The translations under genes and the position numbers were made by a program. Below are positions 39,595 through 50,283 of a stretch of 64,000 nt of DNA, in pieces. This stretch comes from Sphingopyxis sp. (lineage in GTDB: Bacteria; Pseudomonadota; Alphaproteobacteria; Sphingomonadales; Sphingomonadaceae): NCBI GenBank assembly GCA_051861185.1, contig JBIMKQ010000018.1:9213-73212 (forward strand), in the 5' to 3' direction. Under the pieces are notes generated by a model, which worked only from the letters and a program-made list of their open reading frames with translations, was not told where the DNA came from and ran no database searches. The stretch's first letter is position 1. Each line of letters opens with the position of its first letter.

Positions 39595-41172
39595 ATGCCT
39601 CGCTGGATCGCCTTCCCCATCCTTCTCGCCGCGGCGGCGTTCGCGGTCTGGTGGGGACCCGCGCGCTGGACTTTATTGCTCTGGGTGCCGCTGCTGCTGC
39701 TCGCGATCTACGACGCACTCCAGAGCCACCATAGCCTGCGCCGAAACTTTCCGTTGATCGCGCGCATCCGCTGGCTGTTCGAGGCGCTGCGCCCCTTTCT
39801 CCATGCCTATATCGTCGAAAGCCCGCTCGACGGACGCCCCTTCGCGCGCACCGAGCGCGATCTCGTCTATGCGCGCGCCAAGGGCGAACTCGACAGCCAT
39901 CCGTTCGGCACCGAACTCGACGTCTATTCGGACGAATATGAGTGGATGAGCCACAGCATCGCACCGGCGGCCGAGCCCGACCGGACGCAGCGCGTGACGG
40001 TCGGCGGACCGCAGTGTGCGCGGTCCTATGCCGCGGCGCCGCTCAATATTTCGGCGATGAGCTTCGGCTCGCTCGGCGCCAATGCGATCGAGGCGCTCAA
40101 CCGCGGTGCGCAGATGGGCAATTTCTATCACGATACCGGCGAAGGCGGCTTCAGCCCCTATCACCGCATCCATGGCGGTGACATCGTGTGGGAACTCGGC
40201 AGCGGCTATTTCGGCTGCCGCGACGACGCCGGGCGCTTCGATCCCGAACGCTTCCGCGACACCGCACAGAACGACCAGATCAAAATGGTCGAAATCAAGC
40301 TCAGCCAGGGCGCCAAGCCCGGCCATGGCGGCGTGCTGCCGGGACCCAAGGTCAGCGCCGAGATCGCCGCGACGCGCGGCGTCCGCGAAGGGCATGACTG
40401 CATCTCGCCCGCATCGCACTCGGCCTTTTCGACCCCGATCGAGATGATCCTGTGGGCCGCAAAACTGCGCGAATTGTCGGGCGGAAAGCCCGTCGGGATC
40501 AAATTATGCGTCGGCCAGCCGCACGAAATCTATGCCGTCATGAAGGCGATGATCGAAACCGGCATCCGCCTCGATTTCATCGTCGTCGACGGCGCCGAGG
40601 GCGGGACCGGCGCCGCACCGGTCGAATTTTCGAACAGCGTCGGCATGCCATTGCGCGAAGGCCTGATCTTCGTGCGCAACGCGCTCGTCGGCTGCGGGCT
40701 CAAGGAAGAGATCAAGGTCGCGGCGTCGGGCAAGGTCCATTCGGGCGCGGGACTCGCGATCAACTGCGCGCTCGGCGCCGACTGGTCGAACGCTGCGCGC
40801 GCTTTCATGTTCACCTTGGGCTGCGTCCAATCGCTCAAATGCCACACCGATCATTGTCCAACCGGGGTCGCAACGCAGGATCCCGGTCGCCAGCGCGGGT
40901 TGGTGGTCGAGGACAAGGCCGAGCGCGTGCGCCGTTTCCAGGCGGCAACGGTCAACGCCCTGTGGGACATCAGCTGCGCGATGGGGCTTGAATCCCCCTG
41001 GCAGATCCAGCCGCACCATCTCCACGAGCGCCTCAACTCGGCGCGATCGGATTCGATCGACCGCATCTATAAATTCTATGAGCGCGGCGTGCTGCTCGAA
41101 GATCCGGAATCGGTCGCAGGCGCGCGCTATTGGGCGATGGCGCGCGCTGACAGCTTCCGCGCGGCGCTCTAA
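39595..41172 (+). CDS. FMN-binding glutamate synthase family protein (stand-alone FMN domain with N-terminal TM)
   Basis: NISAMSFGSL, DTGEGG, EIKLSQGAKPGHGG, VDGAEGGTGAAP, CVQSLKCHTDHCPTGV. Confidence 0.9.
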   Translation: MPRWIAFPILLAAAAFAVWWGPARWTLLLWVPLLLLAIYDALQSHHSLRRNFPLIARIRWLFEALRPFLHAYIVESPLDGRPFARTERDLVYARAKGELDSHPFGTELDVYSDEYEWMSHSIAPAAEPDRTQRVTVGGPQCARSYAAAPLNISAMSFGSLGANAIEALNRGAQMGNFYHDTGEGGFSPYHRIHGGDIVWELGSGYFGCRDDAGRFDPERFRDTAQNDQIKMVEIKLSQGAKPGHGGVLPGPKVSAEIAATRGVREGHDCISPASHSAFSTPIEMILWAAKLRELSGGKPVGIKLCVGQPHEIYAVMKAMIETGIRLDFIVVDGAEGGTGAAPVEFSNSVGMPLREGLIFVRNALVGCGLKEEIKVAASGKVHSGAGLAINCALGADWSNAARAFMFTLGCVQSLKCHTDHCPTGVATQDPGRQRGLVVEDKAERVRRFQAATVNALWDISCAMGLESPWQIQPHHLHERLNSARSDSIDRIYKFYERGVLLEDPESVAGARYWAMARADSFRAAL

Positions 41173-41570
41173 ATCAGGCTGAGTTCGGCCAGTTCGCGAT
41201 AGAGTTCGGGTGGCAGATCGGCGAGACCATCCCCCTCATCGACACCCTTGGGCGCGTCGCTTTCTGCCAGATAACGCCACCCCTGATGCGCGCGTTTCGG
41301 CTGCGGATGAATGCGCTCGAGCGCCGCCACACAGACGATGTCGATCCGCCCGTCGCTGCGATCGTCGAAGCGCAAGATCTCGACGCGCGCGACGAGCGTG
41401 TGTTTGACGATGAAATGCAGCTTGCCGCCGATCAGTTCGTCGGCGCGCTTGGGCTTGAACCGCGTCGTGAAACGAACCTCGCTGCCTTGCGCATAGTTGG
41501 CGATCCGCGCCTGCAGCGCCGGATAGTCGGCGCAGCCGACGGCAACGCGGGTCATGTGGAGAGCGGGCAT
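41169..41570 (-). CDS. DUF1489 family protein
   Basis: LHMTRVAVG, TRFKPKRADEL, HQGWRYL. Confidence 0.75.
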   Translation of the reverse strand: MPALHMTRVAVGCADYPALQARIANYAQGSEVRFTTRFKPKRADELIGGKLHFIVKHTLVARVEILRFDDRSDGRIDIVCVAALERIHPQPKRAHQGWRYLAESDAPKGVDEGDGLADLPPELYRELAELSLI

Positions 41571-41590
41571 GAGAGAGAGATGGGAACGGT

Positions 41591-41631
41591 AAAGAAAAAA
41601 GCCAGCCCCGCGAAGGACTGGCTCTTTCTTT
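41591..41631. terminator. Intrinsic terminator downstream of the terC-like gene
   Basis: AAAGAAAAAAGCCAG-loop-CTGGCTCTTTCTTTT. Confidence 0.75.
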
Positions 41632-42356
41632 TAGCCGAACAGGGTGCCGATCCCGACGCCGGGGTCGACCCAGCCTTCGTAGATCATCTTGACCGCGACA
41701 TAGACGATGACCGCAAGGCCGAAGTAAGCGATCCAGCGGTAACGCTCGATATATTTGGCGATGATATTCGCCGCGAGGCCCATCAGCGCGACGGCAAAGA
41801 TCAGGCCGACGATCATGATGCCCGGATGCTCGCGCGCCGCGCCGGCGACAGCGAGCACATTGTCGAGGCTCATCGACACGTCGGCAACGGCGACCGCCCA
41901 GGCCGCGCCCGCAAAGCTTTTCGCAGGCTTCAGCCCCGAATGTTCGTCGCCTTCGATTTCGGGCGAACCATGCGACTGGCCGGTGTGACGCAGTTCGCGC
42001 CACATTTTCCACGCCACCCAGGCGAGCAATATGCCGCCGATAAAGATCAGGCCGACGATGCCCATCAACTGCTGCACGACAAGCGCGAAGGCGATCCGCA
42101 GCACCAGCGCGGCGAGCACGCCGATCAGGATGACTTTCTTGCGCTGATCGGCAGGAAGCCCCGCGGCCAGCGCGCCGACGACGATCGCATTGTCGCCTGC
42201 AAGGACGAGATCGATCATCAACACCTGCAGGAACGCGGCGAGAGCAGCCGGCTCGGTGATGTTCGAGAAATCCTTGACGATCGCCGCCCACATGCCGGCG
42301 GGCCCGCCAAATCCCTCGGTCGCGGCTCCGGCTTGCACCAAAAATTCCAAGATCAC
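41631..42356 (-). CDS. TerC/YjbE family membrane protein
   Basis: IDLVLAGDNAIVV, ADVSMSLDNVLAVAGAA. Confidence 0.92.
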   Translation of the reverse strand: MILEFLVQAGAATEGFGGPAGMWAAIVKDFSNITEPAALAAFLQVLMIDLVLAGDNAIVVGALAAGLPADQRKKVILIGVLAALVLRIAFALVVQQLMGIVGLIFIGGILLAWVAWKMWRELRHTGQSHGSPEIEGDEHSGLKPAKSFAGAAWAVAVADVSMSLDNVLAVAGAAREHPGIMIVGLIFAVALMGLAANIIAKYIERYRWIAYFGLAVIVYVAVKMIYEGWVDPGVGIGTLFG

Positions 42357-42646
42357 AGCGATTCTCCGAAATAGCTGACCACAGGCATAGGGTCATAAAA
42401 GGGGTGCAGCAACGCCCGCCACTGCTGATACCGTTCAGACTGCCGAAAACCATCGCGATGATCTTCGACCGACCGCCACTCAGCCAAAAGCAGATAAGGC
42501 TGTCCGGTTCCTGTCGGGCGACGAATTTTCAGCGAAATAAAACCGGGCGAGGCGGCGATCAGCGGCCGCGCCTCGGCGACGGCCGCCTCGAACGCCGCTT
42601 CGCTGCCCGCACGCACGGAAAGCAACGCATGCTCGATCACGGCCAT
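42353..42646 (-). CDS. Antibiotic biosynthesis monooxygenase (ABM) family protein
   Basis: IAASPGFISL, YLLLAEWRSVEDH, GFRQSERYQQW. Confidence 0.85.
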   Translation of the reverse strand: MAVIEHALLSVRAGSEAAFEAAVAEARPLIAASPGFISLKIRRPTGTGQPYLLLAEWRSVEDHRDGFRQSERYQQWRALLHPFYDPMPVVSYFGESL

Positions 42647-42655
42647 CGCGGCGGC

Positions 42656-43912
<1,257 letters not shown>

Positions 43913-44107
43913 GGATGGATTCCAGGATAGATTTTGGGAGAAAAATACAGTCGATATCGATGCACCCTGCGGTGCCTATCCGGCCGTGGGACGACCGTTA
44001 CAGATAGCTTCGGCGCCCAAAAGCGCCGCCCGCACGGGGCGGGGTTGACCGGCCCCTATAACCGGGCCGGGGTCAAGTCAATCGGCCAGCGCCCGAAGGA
44101 TAAGGTT

Positions 44108-44554
44108 TCAGGGGCGTACGACCACCAGGATGACGATGATCGCCGCGGCGACCCCGGGGACCTCGTTGAGCATGCGGAGCTGCTTTTCGGTCAGCGGCCG
44201 AAGCCCGCGCGCGAGCTTTTTCGAATAGCCGATCATCCAGCCATGATAACCCGACAGCGCCAGTACAAGGATCAGTTTGGCAATGAACCAGCCCTCGCCC
44301 CAATAATCGCCGTTGAAGGCGAGCATCAGCCCGAAGATCCAGACGATGATCAGTGCGGGATTCAGAATGATCCGCCGCAGCCGATCCTCGCGCTCGATCC
44401 ATTTCTTGTCCTCGTCGGACCCGACCGGGCATTGGTGGTGATAGACGAAAAAGCGCGGCATCATGAACAGGCCGGCCATCAGGAAAATCACGAAAATGAT
44501 ATGCGCCGCTTTGACCCAAAGCATCGTCGCCCCCAGAAAACCTGCCAGTTCCAT
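44108..44554 (-). CDS. hemJ: Protoporphyrinogen IX oxidase HemJ (CopD family)
   Basis: WVKAAHIIFVIFLMAGLFMMPRFFVYH, RMLNEVP; downstream of hemE. Confidence 0.9.
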   Translation of the reverse strand: MELAGFLGATMLWVKAAHIIFVIFLMAGLFMMPRFFVYHHQCPVGSDEDKKWIEREDRLRRIILNPALIIVWIFGLMLAFNGDYWGEGWFIAKLILVLALSGYHGWMIGYSKKLARGLRPLTEKQLRMLNEVPGVAAAIIVILVVVRP

Positions 44555-44557
44555 AAA

Positions 44558-45586
44558 TTATCCGCCGCGAACGCGCCTGATCAGATGCTCGACATGCGCA
44601 ATCGGCGTGTCGGGCACGATGCCATGGCCCAGATTGAAGATATGGGGGCGCGTCGGGAAGGCCGCAAGGATGCGGTCGATCGCAGCATCGAGCGCCGCGC
44701 CGCCGGCGACGAGCGCGAGCGGATCGAGATTGCCCTGCACCGGCAGATGCGATGGCAGGATGGCATCGGCCCAACCCGGATCGACCGTCTCGTCGAGCCC
44801 GATCGCATCGACGCCGGTTTCGTCGGCATAGGCGCGCAGCTTGCCGCCGGCGCCCTTTGGAAAGCCGATAATCGGCGTATCGGGATGCAGCGCCTTCAGT
44901 CGGCGCACGATCGCGGCGTTCGGTGCGATCACCCATTGCTCATATTGCGCAGGACTCAGGCTGCCCGCCCAGCTGTCGAACAATTGCACCGCCTCGACAC
45001 CATGTTCGATCTGACCCGACAGATAGGTGATTGTCAGGTCGACAATCGCGTCGATGATCGCCTGGAATGCCGCAGGATCGCCATACGCGAGGCGTCTGGC
45101 GGCGGCCTGATCCTTCGACCCCTGCCCTGCCACCATATAGGTCGCGACCGTCCACGGGCTCCCTGCAAAGCCCAGGAAGGTCGTCTGGGTCGGCAGCGAG
45201 GCTGCGACCTGCGCGACGGTCTTATAGATCGGCTCGAGCCGATCCGGCGCCGCCTCGAGCGACGCCAGCGCGCTATCGACGAGCGGCGGTGCCAGCCGCG
45301 GCCCTTCGCCGGCTTCGAACCACAAATGCTGGCCGAGCGCGTGCGGGATGACGAGAATGTCGGAAAACAGGATCGACCCGTCGAACCCGAAGCGGCGGAT
45401 CGGCTGCAACGTCACTTCGGCCGCGGCTTCGGGGTCGTAGCATAGCTCGAGGAAACCCCCTTTGGTTTCGCGAAGGGCGCGATACTCGGGCAAATAGCGT
45501 CCGGCCTGGCGCATCAGCCAGAGCGGTGGGCGCTCCTGCCGCGCCCCGCGCAGCGTTGCCAGCAGGTTCTTCGGTGACGCCTTCAC
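44558..45586 (-). CDS. hemE: Uroporphyrinogen decarboxylase (GTG start with AGAGGGG RBS)
   Basis: PLWLMRQAGRYLPEYR, ILFSDILV, GFAGSPWT, QLFDSWAG, HIFNLGHGI. Confidence 0.96.
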   Translation of the reverse strand: MKASPKNLLATLRGARQERPPLWLMRQAGRYLPEYRALRETKGGFLELCYDPEAAAEVTLQPIRRFGFDGSILFSDILVIPHALGQHLWFEAGEGPRLAPPLVDSALASLEAAPDRLEPIYKTVAQVAASLPTQTTFLGFAGSPWTVATYMVAGQGSKDQAAARRLAYGDPAAFQAIIDAIVDLTITYLSGQIEHGVEAVQLFDSWAGSLSPAQYEQWVIAPNAAIVRRLKALHPDTPIIGFPKGAGGKLRAYADETGVDAIGLDETVDPGWADAILPSHLPVQGNLDPLALVAGGAALDAAIDRILAAFPTRPHIFNLGHGIVPDTPIAHVEHLIRRVRGG

Positions 45587-45589
45587 GCG

Positions 45590-45930
45590 GCCCCTCTTTC
45601 TCTCTTCATATATATATTTAAATATGATTGTGGTGGTTTGTTGGTCGGCGGACAACCGCGCTTTAGGCGGCGGCGTCCTTTTTGCCAACAGCTTGACTCC
45701 ATGGGGTCCACCACCAGCCGGGGAGTCGCAAAGCCTTTCCCCCGCTATTCACAGCCTGTGGATAAGATTCATCCTGTGTGGACAAGTCGGCGAGCGAAAT
45801 CGGCAGCGCCGGGGACGAATTCATCATCCATATTTCCTCCCCGTGCTTCTCCAGAACTTATCCACAGGGGCTTTTTGTCACCCGGGAGATGATCCGGCAT
45901 TGCCTTTTTCGGGGGTTTCCCGCCATGGTG
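45590..45930. other. oriC: Chromosomal replication origin oriC
   Basis: hemE/ppsR divergent intergenic region; AT-rich 45608-45629; DnaA boxes CTATTCACA 45745, TGTGGATAA 45757, TGTGGACAA 45777, TTATCCACA 45858; GANTC at 45695, 45723, 45766; gene orientation flips here. Confidence 0.88.
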
Positions 45931-45935
45931 CCGCG

Positions 45936-46748
45936 ATGGGCCGGCTCCACCTTCATCTCATATCCGACTCCACGGGCGAGACACTCGAAAATATTGCCAA
46001 GGCGGCGATCGCGCAGTTCGACGATGTCGAGGTCGTGCGCCATTTCTGGCCGATGGTGCGGTCGGAATCGCATCTCGACCGGATCATGGCCGAAGTGCAG
46101 GCAAGCCCCGGCATGATCCTCTTTACGCTGGTGAACGGCGAACTGCGCGTCAGCCTCGAACGCCGTGCGACGGCGCTCAACCTGCCCACCGTCGCCGCGC
46201 TCGATGCGGTCACCGATGCCTTGTCGCGGATGCTCGGGCAGGAGGCAAAGGCGCGTCCCGGCCGCCAGCATCAGCTCGATGCCGCCTATTTCGCGCGGGT
46301 CGATGCGATCCAGTTCACCGTCGCGCACGACGATGGCATCGGCTGGGAAAATTGGGAGCAGGCCGATATCGTTCTCGCGGGCGTCTCGCGCACGTCGAAG
46401 ACCCCGACGAGCATCTATCTCGCCAACCGCGGGTTCAAGACTGCAAACATCCCGATCGTTCCCGAATCGCCGCCGCCGAACGCGCTGTTCACTTTGCGGC
46501 GCCCGATGGTCGTCGGGCTCACCACCGGGCTCGACCGGCTGGTCCAGGTGCGGCGCAACCGGCTGCTCTCGCTCAATCAGGCGCCCGAAACCGCCTATGT
46601 CGACGACGAGCGCGTGAAGGCCGAGCTGGCTTATGCGCGGCGGATGTTCGCCGACAACGGCTGGCCGGTGATCGACGTCACGCGCCGCTCGATCGAGGAA
46701 ACCGCCGCCGCGGTGATCAAGCTCGTCGAAGACCGCAGCGCGGCATGA
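45936..46748 (+). CDS. ppsR: Pyruvate, water/phosphate dikinase regulatory kinase-pyrophosphorylase (DUF299)
   Basis: LHLISDSTGETLE, AHDDG, GVSRTSKTPTSIYLA, IDVTRRSIEETA. Confidence 0.92.
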   Translation: MGRLHLHLISDSTGETLENIAKAAIAQFDDVEVVRHFWPMVRSESHLDRIMAEVQASPGMILFTLVNGELRVSLERRATALNLPTVAALDAVTDALSRMLGQEAKARPGRQHQLDAAYFARVDAIQFTVAHDDGIGWENWEQADIVLAGVSRTSKTPTSIYLANRGFKTANIPIVPESPPPNALFTLRRPMVVGLTTGLDRLVQVRRNRLLSLNQAPETAYVDDERVKAELAYARRMFADNGWPVIDVTRRSIEETAAAVIKLVEDRSAA

Positions 46749-47341
46749 CCCTCCTCCTCGCCTCGCAAAGCAGCGGCCGCGCCGCGATGCTCCGCGCCGC
46801 GGGTCTCGAATTCGACACCAGCGCGGCGCATGTCGATGAAGAGGCGCTCACCGCTTCGCTGCTCGCCGCGGGCCAGACGCCGCGCAACATCGCCGACGCG
46901 CTCGCCGAAGCCAAAGCCGTCAAAATCTCGTCGCGGCTGCCGGGTGTGACGGTGATCGGCGCCGATTCCACGCTCGCGCTCGACGACGGGTCGATGCTTT
47001 CGAAACCCGAAAGTCCCGAAGACGCCGCCGATCATCTCCGCCTTATGGCGGGTACGCGTCACCGCCTGTTCAGCGCCGCGGTCGCCGCGCGCGACGGCGT
47101 GCCCGTGTGGCGCGCGATCGGCGAGGCAAAGCTCTGGATGCGCCCCTTGTCGGACGCCTTCATCGCCGACTATGTCGCGCGCGAATGGGACAGCATTCGC
47201 TGGACCGTGGGATGTTACGAAATCGAGGGGGCGGGCGTGCAATTGTTCGAAAAGGTCGAGGGCGACCCCTGGACGATCATCGGCATGCCGATGCTTCCCT
47301 TGCTAGCGTGGCTGCGCACCACCGGACTGGCTCCATCATGA
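46745..47341 (+). CDS. maf: Maf family nucleotide pyrophosphatase
   Basis: LLLASQSSGRAAML, LAEAKA, VIGADS, GCYEIEG, IIGMPMLPL. Confidence 0.92.
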   Translation: MTLLLASQSSGRAAMLRAAGLEFDTSAAHVDEEALTASLLAAGQTPRNIADALAEAKAVKISSRLPGVTVIGADSTLALDDGSMLSKPESPEDAADHLRLMAGTRHRLFSAAVAARDGVPVWRAIGEAKLWMRPLSDAFIADYVAREWDSIRWTVGCYEIEGAGVQLFEKVEGDPWTIIGMPMLPLLAWLRTTGLAPS

Positions 47342-48162
47342 GCATGAGCGTGACGCCCTATGCCGAAGTGATCGGTGACCCGATCGCCCAGTCGAAATCG
47401 CCGCTGATCCATAAATTCTGGCTCGAAGCGCTCGGATTGCCGGGCGACTACCGCCGCGCCCACATCAAGCCCGAAGATCTCACCGCCTATATTGCGGAGC
47501 GGCGCACCGATTCCGACTGGCGCGGCTGCAACGTCACCATGCCGCACAAGGGCGCCGTGATGGATCTCGTCGACGACCCCGGCGACATCCGCGGCACGAT
47601 CGGCGCGATGAACACGGTGGTGCGTCAGCCTGACGGATCGCTGATCGGCACCAACACCGACGCCGCAGGCTTCTACTCGCCGCTCGCCGAACTCGATCTG
47701 GAGGGTGCACCCGTCGCCGTGATCGGCGCCGGCGGCGCGGCGCGCGCGGTGCTGTTTGCGCTGGCGCGCGCGCATGTCGGCCCGGTGACGATCCTCAACC
47801 GCAGCCCGCTCAAAGCGATGGGCCTGCTCGCGACCTTCGGCCTCAAGGGCGATGTCGTTGGCCTGGATGCGCAGCTCCCACCGGTATCGTTGCTCGTCAA
47901 TTCGAGCAGCCTTGGCATGAAGGGCCAGCCGCCGCTTGACCTCGATCTGTCGCCGCTCGCTGGCGATGCGATCGTCTACGACCTCGTCTATTCGCCGTTG
48001 CAGACCGGGCTGCTCAAGGCGGCCGAGGCGCGCGGGCTCGACACCGTCGACGGGCTCGACATGCTGATCGGCCAGGCCGCGCTCGCGTTCGAGCTGTTCT
48101 TCGGTGCGACGCCGCCCGAGGGGCGCGACGAGGAGCTGCGCGCGCTGCTGGTCGCCGGATAA
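47338..48162 (+). CDS. aroE: Shikimate dehydrogenase
   Basis: VIGDPIAQSKSPLIH, GCNVTMPHK, GTNTD, IGAGGAARA, GLDMLIGQA. Confidence 0.95.
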   Translation: MSMSVTPYAEVIGDPIAQSKSPLIHKFWLEALGLPGDYRRAHIKPEDLTAYIAERRTDSDWRGCNVTMPHKGAVMDLVDDPGDIRGTIGAMNTVVRQPDGSLIGTNTDAAGFYSPLAELDLEGAPVAVIGAGGAARAVLFALARAHVGPVTILNRSPLKAMGLLATFGLKGDVVGLDAQLPPVSLLVNSSSLGMKGQPPLDLDLSPLAGDAIVYDLVYSPLQTGLLKAAEARGLDTVDGLDMLIGQAALAFELFFGATPPEGRDEELRALLVAG

Positions 48163-48169
48163 TGGGGGA

Positions 48170-48793
48170 ATGACGCAGTCCAAACGTCCCGGCTCGCGGC
48201 TCCGCCGTCCTTTCATCCTCGGCCTCACCGGCTCGATCGGCATGGGCAAATCGACCGCCGCGGCGATGTTCGAACGTGAAGGCGTCCCGGTGTTCGACGC
48301 CGATGCCGAAGTGCACCGATTGCAAGGCCCCGGCGGCGCGCTCGTCGCCGCGATCGAAGCGCGCTTTCCGGGAACCACCGGGCCGAAAGGCGTCGATCGC
48401 CACAAACTCGGCGCGCTGGTGCTCGGCAATAGGCACGAACTTGCCGCGCTCGAGGCGATCATCCACCCCGCGGTCGGCAAGGCGCAAAAACGCTTCCTCG
48501 CCCGCAACCGCGCGCGCGACCTCGTCGTGCTCGACATCCCTTTGCTGTTTGAAAAGGGCGGCTGGCGAAAGGTCGGCGCTGTCGCGGTCGTCTCGGCGCC
48601 CGCATGGATGCAGCGCAAGCGCGTGATGCGCCGGCCGGGGATGACCGCAGCCAAGCTCAAGGCGATCCGCCGCCTGCAGGTTCCCGACCGCGTCAAACGC
48701 GCGCGCGCCGATTTCATCATCGAAACCGGCCGCCCCAAAAGCGAGACGCACCGTCAGATAAGCTTCATCGCCTCTTGTTTCCACGCTCGATAG
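48170..48793 (+). CDS. coaE: Dephospho-CoA kinase
   Basis: LGLTGSIGMGKST, DADAEVH, LEAIIHPAV, LDIPLLFE. Confidence 0.95.
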   Translation: MTQSKRPGSRLRRPFILGLTGSIGMGKSTAAAMFEREGVPVFDADAEVHRLQGPGGALVAAIEARFPGTTGPKGVDRHKLGALVLGNRHELAALEAIIHPAVGKAQKRFLARNRARDLVVLDIPLLFEKGGWRKVGAVAVVSAPAWMQRKRVMRRPGMTAAKLKAIRRLQVPDRVKRARADFIIETGRPKSETHRQISFIASCFHAR

Positions 48794-48812
48794 GGTCCAG
48801 ATTATAGCTTCG

Positions 48813-49514
48813 ATGCGAGAGATTATTTTCGATACCGAAACCACGGGTTTCGATCCCAGGACCGGGGACAGGATGGTCGAAATCGGGTGCGTCGAGCTGA
48901 TCGACCGCCGCGAGACGGGCGTCACCTTCCACGCCTATTTCAACCCCGAACGCGATATGCCCGCCGCCGCCGAGGCGGTGCATGGCCTGTCGATCCAGTT
49001 CCTGTCGGACAAGCCGCTGTTCGCGGCGCGCGTCGACGAACTGATCGAATTTCTGGGCGATGCGCCGCTTATTGCGCATAATGCGGCGTTCGACTTCGGT
49101 TTCGTCAATGCCGAACTTGCGCGCGCGGGCCGTCCGGCGCTCGACATGACACGCATGTGCTGCACGGTGCAGATGGCGCGCAAGCTCCATCCCGGCGCTA
49201 AACACAGCCTCGATGCGCTTTGCACGCGCTATGGAATCGACCGCAGCCACCGCGTCAAACATGGCGCGCTGCTCGACGCCGAACTGCTCGCGCACCTCTA
49301 TATCGAAATGACCGGCGGGCGGCAGATCGGCCTTGGCCTTGCCGCGTCGGCTGCGGGCGCCGCCGCAACATCTGCACCGAACACGGGCGCATCGCGCGGC
49401 ACCAACCGCCCTTTTCGCGAACCCCGTCCCCATATGGCATCGGCCGCCGAACTCGCGCGCCATGCCGAATTTGTCGCAGGGCTTACCCAGCCGCTGTGGC
49501 TCGATACGGTGTAA
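48813..49514 (+). CDS. dnaQ: DNA polymerase III epsilon subunit
   Basis: FDTETTG, IAHNAAFDFGF, SLDALC, HGALLDAELLA. Confidence 0.96.
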   Translation: MREIIFDTETTGFDPRTGDRMVEIGCVELIDRRETGVTFHAYFNPERDMPAAAEAVHGLSIQFLSDKPLFAARVDELIEFLGDAPLIAHNAAFDFGFVNAELARAGRPALDMTRMCCTVQMARKLHPGAKHSLDALCTRYGIDRSHRVKHGALLDAELLAHLYIEMTGGRQIGLGLAASAAGAAATSAPNTGASRGTNRPFREPRPHMASAAELARHAEFVAGLTQPLWLDTV

Positions 49515-49560
49515 TGACACTCCCTTAACGTCATCGCACCGGCCCATAAGGAGAAGAAAA

Positions 49561-50133
49561 ATGGAAATCCGCGTCTCTGGCCACCAGATCGAAACCGGCG
49601 AAGCGCTTCAGTCGCACGTGTCGGATCGGATGAACGCGATTGCCGATAAATATTTCTCGCGAGCGATCGGGGCGCACGCGACCTTCGGGAAGGGGCCGCA
49701 CGACAGCTTTCAATGCGACATCGTCGCGCATGTGATGCAGGGGCTGGTGCTCAAGGGGCATGGCCAGGCGCAGGACGCACATGTCGCGTTCGAAGGCGCG
49801 GCCGAGCGGATCGAAAAACAGCTGCGGCGTTACATGCGCCGCCTGAAGGACCATAACAACGGCGTGGCCCAGCCGTCGCCGACGGTCGACGAGATCGACG
49901 ACAATGCGGGTTACACCGTGTTCGACGCCGGCAGCGAAGAGGATGCGGGCGATGCGCCCGCGATCATCGCCGAAACGCGCGTCGATATCCCCAGCAGCAG
50001 CGTGTCCGATGCGGTGATGATGCTCGACTTGCGCAACACCAATGCGTTGCTCTTCGTCAACAGCAAGACCGGGACGCATAACATGGTCTACCGCCGTGAC
50101 GACGGGACGATCGGCTGGGTCGAACCACGATAG
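49561..50133 (+). CDS. hpf: Ribosome hibernation promoting factor (long HPF)
   Basis: MEIRVSGHQIETGEAL, IEKQLRRY, VYRRDDGTIGWVEP; AAGGAG RBS. Confidence 0.92.
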   Translation: MEIRVSGHQIETGEALQSHVSDRMNAIADKYFSRAIGAHATFGKGPHDSFQCDIVAHVMQGLVLKGHGQAQDAHVAFEGAAERIEKQLRRYMRRLKDHNNGVAQPSPTVDEIDDNAGYTVFDAGSEEDAGDAPAIIAETRVDIPSSSVSDAVMMLDLRNTNALLFVNSKTGTHNMVYRRDDGTIGWVEPR

Positions 50134-50283
50134 GGCTGGATTTTCTCCGCCATCCAGCTTAAGGGCCCCGCCCAACGATGCCCGAAGCCGGGATGGCGGG
50201 GGGCCTGCCACGACAGATCCGTGATCGCTTGCCAGCATAAGTCTCTGGCGGCGGCCGGCGTTTTACAAGATTTGACCAGAGCA

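Noticed and set aside
45587-45688. N-terminal extension of hemE in the ORF track
   Set aside because: It runs through the AT-rich origin patch; a GTG with a good RBS at 45586 is the better start
45624-45935. N-terminal extension of ppsR in the ORF track
   Set aside because: It spans the DnaA boxes; the conserved sequence begins at ATG 45936
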